Origin: an uncultured Pseudomonadota bacterium
Lineage (GTDB): Bacteria > Pseudomonadota > Alphaproteobacteria > Rs-D84
Direction of reading: 5' to 3'
Assembly: GCA_902788485.1 (NCBI GenBank)
Contig: CADAKI010000002.1
Span: 25,205-89,204, forward strand
Length of the DNA stretch: 64,000 bases
The translations under genes and the position numbers were made by a program. The notes below the pieces were generated by a model. That model was given only the letters and a program-made list of their open reading frames with translations, did not search any database and was not told the DNA's origin. Positions within the stretch are counted from its first letter, which is position 1, and the number at the start of each line of letters is the position of its first letter. Below are positions 56,348 to 64,000 of this stretch, piece after piece.

Positions 56348-57379
56348 ATGAAAAAAATTGGCGTGATATTATTTTTCGCGACATTTGTTTGTGGTGTGTA
56401 TCCGGCAAATGCGGCGCGTGGTGATTTTGATTTTGACCGATGGAATGCGTTGATGGATTCTGTGCGGGATGCGGCCACGGCAAAAAAAATATCCGGCCCC
56501 ACAATTGACGCCACATTAAAAAATCCGGTGTTTATTCCGCGTATTGTTTATAACGACAAAAATCAATCGGAATTCAAATTGACACTGTCAGAATACTTGC
56601 GCCGCACGGTAAGTGCCGAACGGGTAAAATCTGGTCATAATATGGCAAAAAAATATCCAACATTATTGGGCAAGACGCATGCAAAATACGGTGTGCCAAA
56701 ACACGTGATTTTGGCGTTTTGGGGTATGGAATCAAATTATGGTGCGGTAAAAAAGGCATACCGGTTAAAAGATGCATTTTTTACATTGATGTATGATGGT
56801 CGACGTGAAAAATTTTTTACCGAACAATTATTGTCTTTGATGAAAATTGCTGACAAAAACGGTGCGGACATAAATGATATTTATGGCAGTTGGGCGGGTG
56901 CCATGGGTCATTTTCAATTTATACCAACGACACTGTCGCAATATGGTGCCGATGGAAATGCCGATGGAAAAATCGATATTATAAATAATGTCAGTGACGC
57001 AATGTTCAGTGCCGGCAATTACCTGAATAAATTGGGTTGGGATGATAATCAACCAATTGCCCGTCGTGTTTTAATACCATCGGATTTTGACGATGGTTTG
57101 ACGGGCGGGGATAAAAAATACGCCATCACCCAATGGGGTAAAATGGGTGTGTTAAACGCCGATGGTTCGCCATTGACGGCAACAAATGATGTGGTTGGTT
57201 TGGTCGCAGGCGCAGATGACGATGGTGCAAATCTGGTTGCATCCCCGGATAACGATGTTGAAATGACGACAATGCGTGTTGCATATTTAACATATCCAAA
57301 TTTTTATCGCATTAAACGTTGGAATAATTCAAATTGGTATGCGATTGCAATACACGAGTTATCTGAAAAATTAAAATAA
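56348..57379 (+). CDS. mltB: lytic murein transglycosylase (MltB/Slt35 family)
   Basis: FWGMESNYG catalytic Glu region and AGAMGHFQFIPTT (compare AGAMGQMQFMPST in MltB). Confidence 0.75.
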   Translation: MKKIGVILFFATFVCGVYPANAARGDFDFDRWNALMDSVRDAATAKKISGPTIDATLKNPVFIPRIVYNDKNQSEFKLTLSEYLRRTVSAERVKSGHNMAKKYPTLLGKTHAKYGVPKHVILAFWGMESNYGAVKKAYRLKDAFFTLMYDGRREKFFTEQLLSLMKIADKNGADINDIYGSWAGAMGHFQFIPTTLSQYGADGNADGKIDIINNVSDAMFSAGNYLNKLGWDDNQPIARRVLIPSDFDDGLTGGDKKYAITQWGKMGVLNADGSPLTATNDVVGLVAGADDDGANLVASPDNDVEMTTMRVAYLTYPNFYRIKRWNNSNWYAIAIHELSEKLK

Positions 57380-57443
57380 AACTGTTGCGATGGGGCGTTT
57401 TCTTTGCTATTCTTATCCCGGTATATAAAAGGATATAAAAGAA

Positions 57444-58406
57444 ATGTCTATAAAAGTTCGTGATTTCGAAGTGCGTCTGACGCGTACCAAAGAAGAACGT
57501 CGCCAGGTGCGTCAATTACGTTATGCGGTTTTTGTTGAAGAAGAGGGCGCATCTGCCACCGAAGAACAAAAAAATTTACGCGAAGAATATGATTCTTATG
57601 ACCGTTTCGCGGAATATTTGGGTGTGTTTCACAACGGAAAAATTGTTGGAACATATCGTATTATAAATCGTGATGCGGCTGAAAAAATGGGCGGTTTTTA
57701 TACCGAAACAGAATTTGATATTTCAAAAATAAAAAAATCTGGTGCAAATATTGTGGAAATGTCGCGTGCATGCGTTGCGCCCGAATATCGCGATAATGCG
57801 CTGGTTATGCGTTTGTTATGGGTTGGTTTGGGTGAATATATTGTGCGTAATAAAATCGGCATTGTGTTTGGTGTTGCGTCATGGACGGGAACAAATCCGG
57901 CAATGTCTGCCCAAGCAATTTCGTATTTATATTACAATCATTTGTCGCCATTGCGTTTGCGTGCGACGGTGGAATCAACCAAATTGGCACCGGGTGTAAA
58001 TCCGAAATTGACCCGTATGAACATTTTACCAGAAGTTTTTGTTGATGCAAACATTGCGCGTCGTGAAATGACTCCATTGGTCAAGGGTTATTTGCGTATC
58101 AACGCGACATTTGGACGTGGCGTGTTTATCGATAAACCGTTTAATTCATACGATGTGTTTGTGATGTTGGAAACACGCAAAATGGATGCCGCATATAAAA
58201 AACGTTTCTTTGGCACGGATGACCGTTTCGAAGGCGAAGATTTCGAATTGCCGACAAACTTTATCCAAACACTGGGCAAGGTTATTACATCCCCGGCCAA
58301 GGGCGCGATGCGCGTTGTGCGTTCTGTGTTTGCATTTTTATTGCGTGAGGACGCGGCGGATGCGGAATTAATTGCCGAAGATAAACCATCCGAAGAAGAG
58401 GAATAG
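57444..58406 (+). CDS. olsB: hemolysin-like N-acyltransferase, ornithine lipid synthesis OlsB-like
   Basis: GNAT-like hemolysin-family fold (LRYAVFVEE...). A PlsC-type acyltransferase gene lies 4 nt downstream, matching the olsB-olsA gene pair. Confidence 0.5.
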   Translation: MSIKVRDFEVRLTRTKEERRQVRQLRYAVFVEEEGASATEEQKNLREEYDSYDRFAEYLGVFHNGKIVGTYRIINRDAAEKMGGFYTETEFDISKIKKSGANIVEMSRACVAPEYRDNALVMRLLWVGLGEYIVRNKIGIVFGVASWTGTNPAMSAQAISYLYYNHLSPLRLRATVESTKLAPGVNPKLTRMNILPEVFVDANIARREMTPLVKGYLRINATFGRGVFIDKPFNSYDVFVMLETRKMDAAYKKRFFGTDDRFEGEDFELPTNFIQTLGKVITSPAKGAMRVVRSVFAFLLREDAADAELIAEDKPSEEEE

Positions 58407-58409
58407 AAC

Positions 58410-59252
58410 ATGAAAATTATGGCGGATAAATGCCGGGTAAATGTTTTCGATACAATCGTCGCATTTTTTCGTGCGGTGCTGTTTGTATTGGTTGTTTTAA
58501 TCCAGGTTCCAATTCTTTGTATAATTCCGCGTGGTCGTTTTTCGGTAAAATATATGCGATTTTTTATGTGGACATTGTGTGTGGCGTCTGGGGTGCGGGT
58601 GCGCCGTCATGGAAAATTGACGCGTAAACGTCCATTGGTGTGTATTTGCAACCATATATCGGTGTTTGAATTGATGTCTATGCCGGTTGGATACGGGTGT
58701 TCATTTGTTGGAAAAATTGATATTGCCAGTTATCCATTGGTCGGTTGGATTGCAAAAAAATTTGGTGTTGTGTTTGTTGACCGTCGTCCATCGCATGCAC
58801 GTGATGCATTGGCGGTTGTATCGAAACAAATGCATACGGCGTCTTATCCGGTTGTTATTTTCCCCGAAGGTACCACAACCAACGGCGCATATGTCAAAGA
58901 ATTTAAATCTTCATTGTTCAATATTGCCGAAGAAATCCCGGATTTGACAATTCAACCAATGGTGATAACATATCGGACGCGTCGCAACAAATGTGTCAAT
59001 GATTGTGTTTTGGCAAACGATTATGCATATTTCGATAATGTTAAACAAGACATGGGTCCAAAATGCGAGGTTGAACGCAGTGCGTTTGGTCAAATATTTC
59101 ATATTGCGCAACTGGGCGGGATGACGGTGCATATAACGGCACTGGAACCGGTTTCTGTTTCGGGTATGGACCGCAAAGAAATTGCAAAAATGTTGCATGA
59201 AATCGTATCGAACAAATATATGGAAATAAAAGATAAAGAGATAAAGAAATGA
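58410..59252 (+). CDS. olsA: lysophospholipid/lyso-ornithine lipid acyltransferase (PlsC family), OlsA-like
   Basis: NHxSxxE acyltransferase motif (CNHISVFE) and FPEGTTTNG motif. Confidence 0.5.
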   Translation: MKIMADKCRVNVFDTIVAFFRAVLFVLVVLIQVPILCIIPRGRFSVKYMRFFMWTLCVASGVRVRRHGKLTRKRPLVCICNHISVFELMSMPVGYGCSFVGKIDIASYPLVGWIAKKFGVVFVDRRPSHARDALAVVSKQMHTASYPVVIFPEGTTTNGAYVKEFKSSLFNIAEEIPDLTIQPMVITYRTRRNKCVNDCVLANDYAYFDNVKQDMGPKCEVERSAFGQIFHIAQLGGMTVHITALEPVSVSGMDRKEIAKMLHEIVSNKYMEIKDKEIKK

Positions 59253-60685
59253 AAACTGCGATAACGCCGACACGTGCGGAAAATTTTAACGAGTGGTATC
59301 AAAATTTAATTGTTGCGGCCGATTTGGCGGAAAATGCGCCTGTGCGTGGTTGCATGACTATAAAACCATACGGTTGGGCAATATGGGAACTGATGCGTGA
59401 CCAAATGGATAAACGGATTAAAGCGGCGGGCGTTCAAAACGCAAACTTTCCGTTATTGATACCAATCGATTATTTTAATCGCGAGGCGGAACATGTCGCC
59501 GGTTTTGCCAAAGAATGTGCGGTTGTGACGCATCACAGATTGAAAATGATTGATGGCACATTGCAACCGGACCCGGATGCAAAATTGACCGACGCATATA
59601 TCATCCGCCCAACATCCGAAACCATTATTGGCGAGGCCATGTCCCGTTGGGTGCAATCTTGGCGTGATTTGCCAATGAAATTGAATCAGTGGGTAAATGT
59701 TATGCGCTGGGAAATGCGTCCGCGTATGTTTTTGCGCACATCTGAATTTAATTGGCAAGAGGGCCATAATGTTTTCGCAACTCACGACGATGCCAATGCG
59801 GACGCGAAAAAAATGCACAAAATGTATGCGGACTATATGCGCGATGTTTTGGCGGCACCTGTTATCGCCGGTGAAAAAACGCCCGAAGAAAGATTTGCCG
59901 GTGCCGACCACACATATACCGTCGAACAAATCATGCAAGATGGCAAGGCGCTACAGGCGGGCACATCGCACGATTTGGGACAACATTTTGCAAAATCATT
60001 TGATATAAAATATCTGGGAACGGATGGAAAATTGCAATACGCATGGACGACATCTTGGGGAACATCAACCCGTATGATGGGCGGCCTGTTTATGATTCAC
60101 AGTGACGATGACGGTCTGGTTTTGCCACCGGCTATTGCGCCATATCAAATTGTGATTATTCCAATCGTTCGTGAAGAAAATACAGATGCGTTAAATGCGT
60201 ACGCTGAAAAATTGGGCGAAAAATTACGTAGCACGGATTTGCGTGTCTTGGTTGATACATCCGACATGCGCGCGCCTGATAAAATGTGGAAATGGATTAA
60301 ACGCGGTGTGCCATTGCGTGTTGAAATTGGCGCGCGTGAAATGGAAACGGGCACCGTCACAATTACCCGTCGTGATTTGGGCAAAGGATCCAAACAAACG
60401 GTGTCTGTGGATGAATTGTTGAATATGGCGCCTGATTTAATGAAAAAAATGCAACGTGAAATGTATGAACGTGCATTGGCGCGTCAAAACGCACAAATTC
60501 ACGATGTAGAAACATTGGCGGCATTGGAGGGCGAATTGGAAAATGGCACAACCGGATTTTTCCGTATTAAATATGATTTAACATTAAATGCGGAATTTGA
60601 CGGATTGATTGAAAAATATAAAATTAGCCGTCGGTGTCTGGATTCAAATGACCCAAGTTACGTCTATGTTGCAAAATCATATTAA
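59249..60685 (+). CDS. proS: proline--tRNA ligase (short, editing-domain-less type)
   Basis: Class II motifs, N-terminal RGCMTIKPYGWAIWE and a C-terminal zinc-binding-like domain; 478 aa. Confidence 0.9.
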   Translation: MKTAITPTRAENFNEWYQNLIVAADLAENAPVRGCMTIKPYGWAIWELMRDQMDKRIKAAGVQNANFPLLIPIDYFNREAEHVAGFAKECAVVTHHRLKMIDGTLQPDPDAKLTDAYIIRPTSETIIGEAMSRWVQSWRDLPMKLNQWVNVMRWEMRPRMFLRTSEFNWQEGHNVFATHDDANADAKKMHKMYADYMRDVLAAPVIAGEKTPEERFAGADHTYTVEQIMQDGKALQAGTSHDLGQHFAKSFDIKYLGTDGKLQYAWTTSWGTSTRMMGGLFMIHSDDDGLVLPPAIAPYQIVIIPIVREENTDALNAYAEKLGEKLRSTDLRVLVDTSDMRAPDKMWKWIKRGVPLRVEIGAREMETGTVTITRRDLGKGSKQTVSVDELLNMAPDLMKKMQREMYERALARQNAQIHDVETLAALEGELENGTTGFFRIKYDLTLNAEFDGLIEKYKISRRCLDSNDPSYVYVAKSY

Positions 60686-60693
60686 AAAAATCA

Positions 60694-60719
60694 CAGGGAT
60701 TTTCATCCCTGTTTTTTTA
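60694..60719 (+). terminator. rho-independent terminator after proS (CAGGGAT-tttc-ATCCCTG + T7)
   Basis: Perfect 7-bp stem plus T-run. Confidence 0.65.
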
Positions 60720-60779
60720 TTAAAACAAATCCGACCAAATATGATATAATAAATAAAAAAACGAGAGCAGGGGGAATTA

Positions 60780-61703
60780 ATGAAAGTTGCGATTATTGGT
60801 TTGGGTTCGGTTGGTTCGGCGGTTGCGACCGCAATTAAAAATACGGGCCTGGTTCATGAAATGGTTTTATTTGACCGCGACGGTGTGCGGGCGATGGCGG
60901 CGGCGGCGGATTTGGGACATGCATCCGCGTTTTCGTTTGATGTAAAAATCACGGCGGCAAATTCATATCGTGAAATTCGTGGTTCTGAAATCGTGGTGAT
61001 TGCCGCGGGCGCAAATCAAAAGCCCGGTCAAACACGCACAGATTTATTGGCGGCAAATGCCGATGTTATTCGCGATATTATCCCACGCGTCATGGCAAAT
61101 ACAGACCCAAAAACAGTTAAAATAATTGTCGTCACCAACCCACTGGATGTCATGGTAATGTTGGCGCGTGATTTGTCTGGATTGCCGGCGGCGCGGGTTA
61201 TTGGCACGGGAACGATGTTGGATTCGGCGCGCCTGCGCACGATTTTGGCGCGTCAATTTGATGTGTCGCCGATGTCAATCAATGCGTATGTTTTGGGCGA
61301 ACATGGCGATTCATCGGTTGTGAATTGGGGATCAATATGTATTGGTGCAATACCATTAAATGATTTTTGTAAATCTACAAAATTACCATTGCCACAAACA
61401 ACGCGGCGCACGATTGAACACCGTGTTCATAATGCAGCATATGAAATAATCCAGGGTCGTGGTGCAACATGGGACGGAATTGCGGCGGCGGTAAACGATT
61501 TACTGCGTTGCATTATAAATGACGAAAAAAGAATTTTAACGGTCAGTTGTGTTGCCACCAAAACAAATGTCGCCATGTCGCGTCCGGCGATTGTTGGGCA
61601 TGATGGCGTGATAACGGTTTTGACGCCGCGCCTGTTGCCGATGGAAAGTCGCGCATTGCAAAACTGTGCCCGCATTATCAAGAAAAATTATAATAATATT
61701 TAA
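60780..61703 (+). CDS. L-lactate/malate dehydrogenase family oxidoreductase (LDH-like Gln at the substrate-specificity position)
   Basis: GLGSVGSAVA Rossmann motif. AGANQKPGQTR loop with Q where MDH has R. Catalytic His region. Confidence 0.8.
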   Translation: MKVAIIGLGSVGSAVATAIKNTGLVHEMVLFDRDGVRAMAAAADLGHASAFSFDVKITAANSYREIRGSEIVVIAAGANQKPGQTRTDLLAANADVIRDIIPRVMANTDPKTVKIIVVTNPLDVMVMLARDLSGLPAARVIGTGTMLDSARLRTILARQFDVSPMSINAYVLGEHGDSSVVNWGSICIGAIPLNDFCKSTKLPLPQTTRRTIEHRVHNAAYEIIQGRGATWDGIAAAVNDLLRCIINDEKRILTVSCVATKTNVAMSRPAIVGHDGVITVLTPRLLPMESRALQNCARIIKKNYNNI

Positions 61704-61779
61704 TGGATTTTAATCGTATTTATTCGCGTGAATTTTATGTTTATAGTTGTTGTGAAAACATATTTGGAATACAACAATC

Positions 61780-62076
61780 ATGGACAAAATTCAATACGAA
61801 CTTTTACCAGATGGATGCGGTTTTTGCGCCAAAATAAACGGTGAAAACATTGGCGAAATAACATTTGTAAAAATTGGTTTGGACAAATTGATGATTGATC
61901 ACACATTTGTTGAATCTGATTATCAAAAATTACCGATTGCACTGGATTTAGTACATCATGTCGTTGATTTTGCGCGTGAACAACATCGTAAAGTTTTAAA
62001 CCGATGCAACACGGCCCAGAATATATTCATCGGGCATCCAGAATTTGATGATGTGTTGTTGATGAATTCTCATTAA
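61780..62076 (+). CDS. small GNAT-fold N-acetyltransferase (YjdJ/GNAT_2-like)
   Basis: 98 aa; the pattern ...FVESDYQKLPIALDLVHHVVDFAREQHRKVLNRC is typical of minimal GNAT_2 proteins. Confidence 0.4.
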   Translation: MDKIQYELLPDGCGFCAKINGENIGEITFVKIGLDKLMIDHTFVESDYQKLPIALDLVHHVVDFAREQHRKVLNRCNTAQNIFIGHPEFDDVLLMNSH

Positions 62077-62105
62077 AAATAAATCAAAAATTTCATAAAA
62101 ATATC

Positions 62106-62135
62106 TTGCACGATTTGGGTTGCTTTTTCTATAAT
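62106..62135 (+). promoter_or_regulatory. candidate promoter TTGCAC-18-TATAAT
   Basis: Consensus-like hexamers about 25 nt upstream of the AAAGGAG RBS of the 62160 gene. Confidence 0.35.
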
Positions 62136-62159
62136 CAAACCAACGGCAAAGGAGATTTT

Positions 62160-62744
62160 ATGAAACACAAAATTTTATCTGTATTATTTGGTTTGTTTGT
62201 TGTGTGTGGGGCGGGTCGTGCGGCCGATATAACGATTTATTATTCGCCAACATGTCCGCATTGTCATCATATGCGCGATTATGCATCGAACAATTTTATT
62301 TATGAATATCCGACAATAAACATCACAATGGTTGATGTGACGGTACCGGAAAATCGTGGATTGTTTTTTGATGTGATAAAATCATGTGATTTTTCATCTG
62401 GTGGTGTGCCGGTAATTAAAATCGGCGACAAATGTTTCCAAGGTTTTGCCGAATCTATGGTGGATGATATGCGCACCGCGATAGAGGTTGATATGGATGA
62501 CGCTGCAAAAAAATCTGCGGCGGCGGTCAAAAAATCAATTGCCGAAAACGGTGATGAATATCGTGATGCGCACCCAACACCGGTTGCAACCATCACGGAA
62601 TACAGTGCGCCGGCAACAGATGAAAATCCGGAAAAAAAAACGGCCGCATCTGACAACAAATGGGCATCATGGGGTTTAATAATATTGGCATTGGCGGTAT
62701 TGGGATTCAGTATTTTTGTCGCCGGTGGTAAATCAAGAAAATAA
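62160..62744 (+). CDS. secreted thioredoxin-fold protein (CPHC motif) with C-terminal membrane anchor
   Basis: Signal peptide MKHKILSVLFGLFVVCGAGRA, a YYSPTCPHCHH redox motif and a C-terminal TM WASWGLIILALAVLGFSIFVAGG. The start is set at the ATG after the AAAGGAG RBS rather than the track start 62106. Confidence 0.45.
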   Translation: MKHKILSVLFGLFVVCGAGRAADITIYYSPTCPHCHHMRDYASNNFIYEYPTINITMVDVTVPENRGLFFDVIKSCDFSSGGVPVIKIGDKCFQGFAESMVDDMRTAIEVDMDDAAKKSAAAVKKSIAENGDEYRDAHPTPVATITEYSAPATDENPEKKTAASDNKWASWGLIILALAVLGFSIFVAGGKSRK

Positions 62745-62766
62745 TATTTTTCCAAAGGTCTGAATT

Positions 62767-63555
62767 ATGTTTGATTTAACAAGTTTGGATTATGTATATA
62801 TTTTTGTTTTGTTGGCATCAACGGTTTGGGCAACAATCCGTGGCGGTGTTTATGAAACAATCGCGACATTATCGTGGGTGGTTGCGGCGGTTGCGGCGCG
62901 TTTTGCATCCCCATGGTTGGATAATGTTTTCCAAGATTGGTTCAAATTGCCTGATTCCACGGTTGTGACATTGGTTGCGTCGTATTTTGTTGTGTTCTTT
63001 GTTATATTGTTGGTTGTTGGTTTTATCAATCAAAAATTGCGCGATAAAATCCAAGAATCTATGATGAATGTGACGGACCATACATTGGGTGTTATATTTG
63101 GAATTGTCCGCGGAATTGTTGTTATGGGAATCGTATATTGGGTTGCGATATGGTATTATTCTGATACGCCACATATGCCGCGTTGGTTGGAAAACGCGCG
63201 GACCCGTCCGGTTATGCAACTGACCGCGGTAAAGTTGGATGATTGGTTTGTCCCGGGGGACGCAAATAAATTACTGGCGCGTGATGTTGCGGGAACAAAA
63301 CAGGCGGACGAAATATATAAAAATTTGATAAATCCGGCGGTGACCGCGGTCAAGGATATAAAATCTGGGACGCCGCGTGACGTAAAAAAATCGGACGCAT
63401 CCGCGACACAGTCAAAACCAAAACCAACGGTTGCGGCAGATAACGACACCGGATACAAATCATCTGAACGTACCGCACTGGAAAACCAGTTGTTGCAAAT
63501 TGAAACATCCGCACGTGCGGCGGATGCGCGGGCCCATGCGGACGCATCAAAATAG
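62767..63555 (+). CDS. cvpA: CvpA family membrane protein with C-terminal extension
   Basis: Four TM helices in the typical CvpA arrangement, plus a ~90 aa hydrophilic tail. Confidence 0.65.
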   Translation: MFDLTSLDYVYIFVLLASTVWATIRGGVYETIATLSWVVAAVAARFASPWLDNVFQDWFKLPDSTVVTLVASYFVVFFVILLVVGFINQKLRDKIQESMMNVTDHTLGVIFGIVRGIVVMGIVYWVAIWYYSDTPHMPRWLENARTRPVMQLTAVKLDDWFVPGDANKLLARDVAGTKQADEIYKNLINPAVTAVKDIKSGTPRDVKKSDASATQSKPKPTVAADNDTGYKSSERTALENQLLQIETSARAADARAHADASK

Positions 63556-63563
63556 ATTACAGC

Positions 63564-63588
63564 CCCGATTTTTATCGGGGGTTTTTCT
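63564..63588 (+). terminator. rho-independent terminator after cvpA
   Basis: CCCCGAT-ttt-ATCGGGG followed by GTTTTTCTT. Confidence 0.5.
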
Positions 63589-63661
63589 TGGGTTTTTGTT
63601 CTTGGTGCATGTTTGCATGCGTTGTTTCAAAATATCATTGACGCAACCAAAGGATTCAAAC

Positions 63662-64000
63662 ATGTTATTAAAACCAAAAATTTATATCACCATATTATTT
63701 GTTTACGAGGTTATCGCCGTAATGGTTTTGCATTGTCAAACCATCTGTACAGAAATGTTGGGATATACCGCGTGTAATGATTGGTTTCGGTATTTTGCAT
63801 TTTGCGTGGTTATACCCGGGATTGTTGGTTTGATATGGATGTGGGTAAAAACGATAATACACGCATATCGTCATCGCTTTTTGCGTCGCGCGCGTGGTGC
63901 ATTGATAGATGTTTTGGATGGTTTGCGTGACAAATTGGCGGACAAAATTTCCCGTGAAGATATTGAACGTTATATCACCGTTGCATCATTGTATGGTATT
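63662..64000 (+). CDS. hypothetical membrane protein (partial, continues beyond the window)
   Basis: AAGGA RBS, an ATG at 63662 and hydrophobic segments. The ORF is open at the window end. Confidence 0.3.
   Translation, partial: MLLKPKIYITILFVYEVIAVMVLHCQTICTEMLGYTACNDWFRYFAFCVVIPGIVGLIWMWVKTIIHAYRHRFLRRARGALIDVLDGLRDKLADKISREDIERYITVASLYGI

Noticed and set aside
1-64000. Search for IS elements, integrases, phage genes, CRISPR-cas and rRNA operons
   Set aside because: No transposase/integrase-like ORFs, no long terminal inverted repeats, no repeat-spacer arrays and no rRNA-like sequence were seen. The tRNA genes sit in conserved housekeeping contexts and do not flank islands.

Overview
This is a compact, AT-rich (roughly 40% GC) bacterial chromosomal window with an alphaproteobacterial flavour. 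It carries a GapR/DUF2312 gene, an RpoH box sigma factor, an olsB-olsA ornithine-lipid gene pair and SPOR-domain proteins. The backbone is ordinary housekeeping: def-fmt-truA, pyrG, pyk, recR-rsmA, grpE, tpiA, lspA-yidC-lpxD, rpoH, the fully conserved tRNA-Trp-secE-nusG-rplKAJL-rpoBC block, rpmF-plsX, mraZ, ihf, pepO, hemW, proS. There are two tRNAs (Trp-CCA on the + strand, Arg-CCU on the - strand) and no rRNA, CRISPR or recognisable transposase. The most unusual content is a type IV secretion (VirB/rvh-like) component set split into two islands. (i) A minus-strand operon of VirB8, VirB9 and VirB10 homologues (28679-33420). Here VirB9 is roughly double normal length and ends in a SPOR peptidoglycan-binding domain. 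VirB10 carries an N-terminal beta-rich domain and a ~200 aa Cys-rich C-terminal extension. No virB11/virD4 follows. (ii) A plus-strand island (12505-14879) with a tiny VirB7-like lipoprotein, two tandem VirB8-like paralogues and a secreted acidic protein. Other accessory items: a YiiX/YaeF-like permuted papain-fold hydrolase gene pair just downstream of the virB operon; a 726-aa secreted Cys-rich protein with a Thr/Arg repeat region sitting where the dcw cluster would normally follow mraZ; a second strongly signalled mini-lipoprotein; a His/Cys-rich small membrane protein; a Cys-rich micro-protein between fmt and truA. Non-coding features include a TTTGAAC heptamer repeat/hairpin family in two intergenic regions, symmetric divergent promoters sharing a 12-bp inverted repeat between virB8 and tRNA-Trp, and an unusual GC-rich double palindrome after rpoC.
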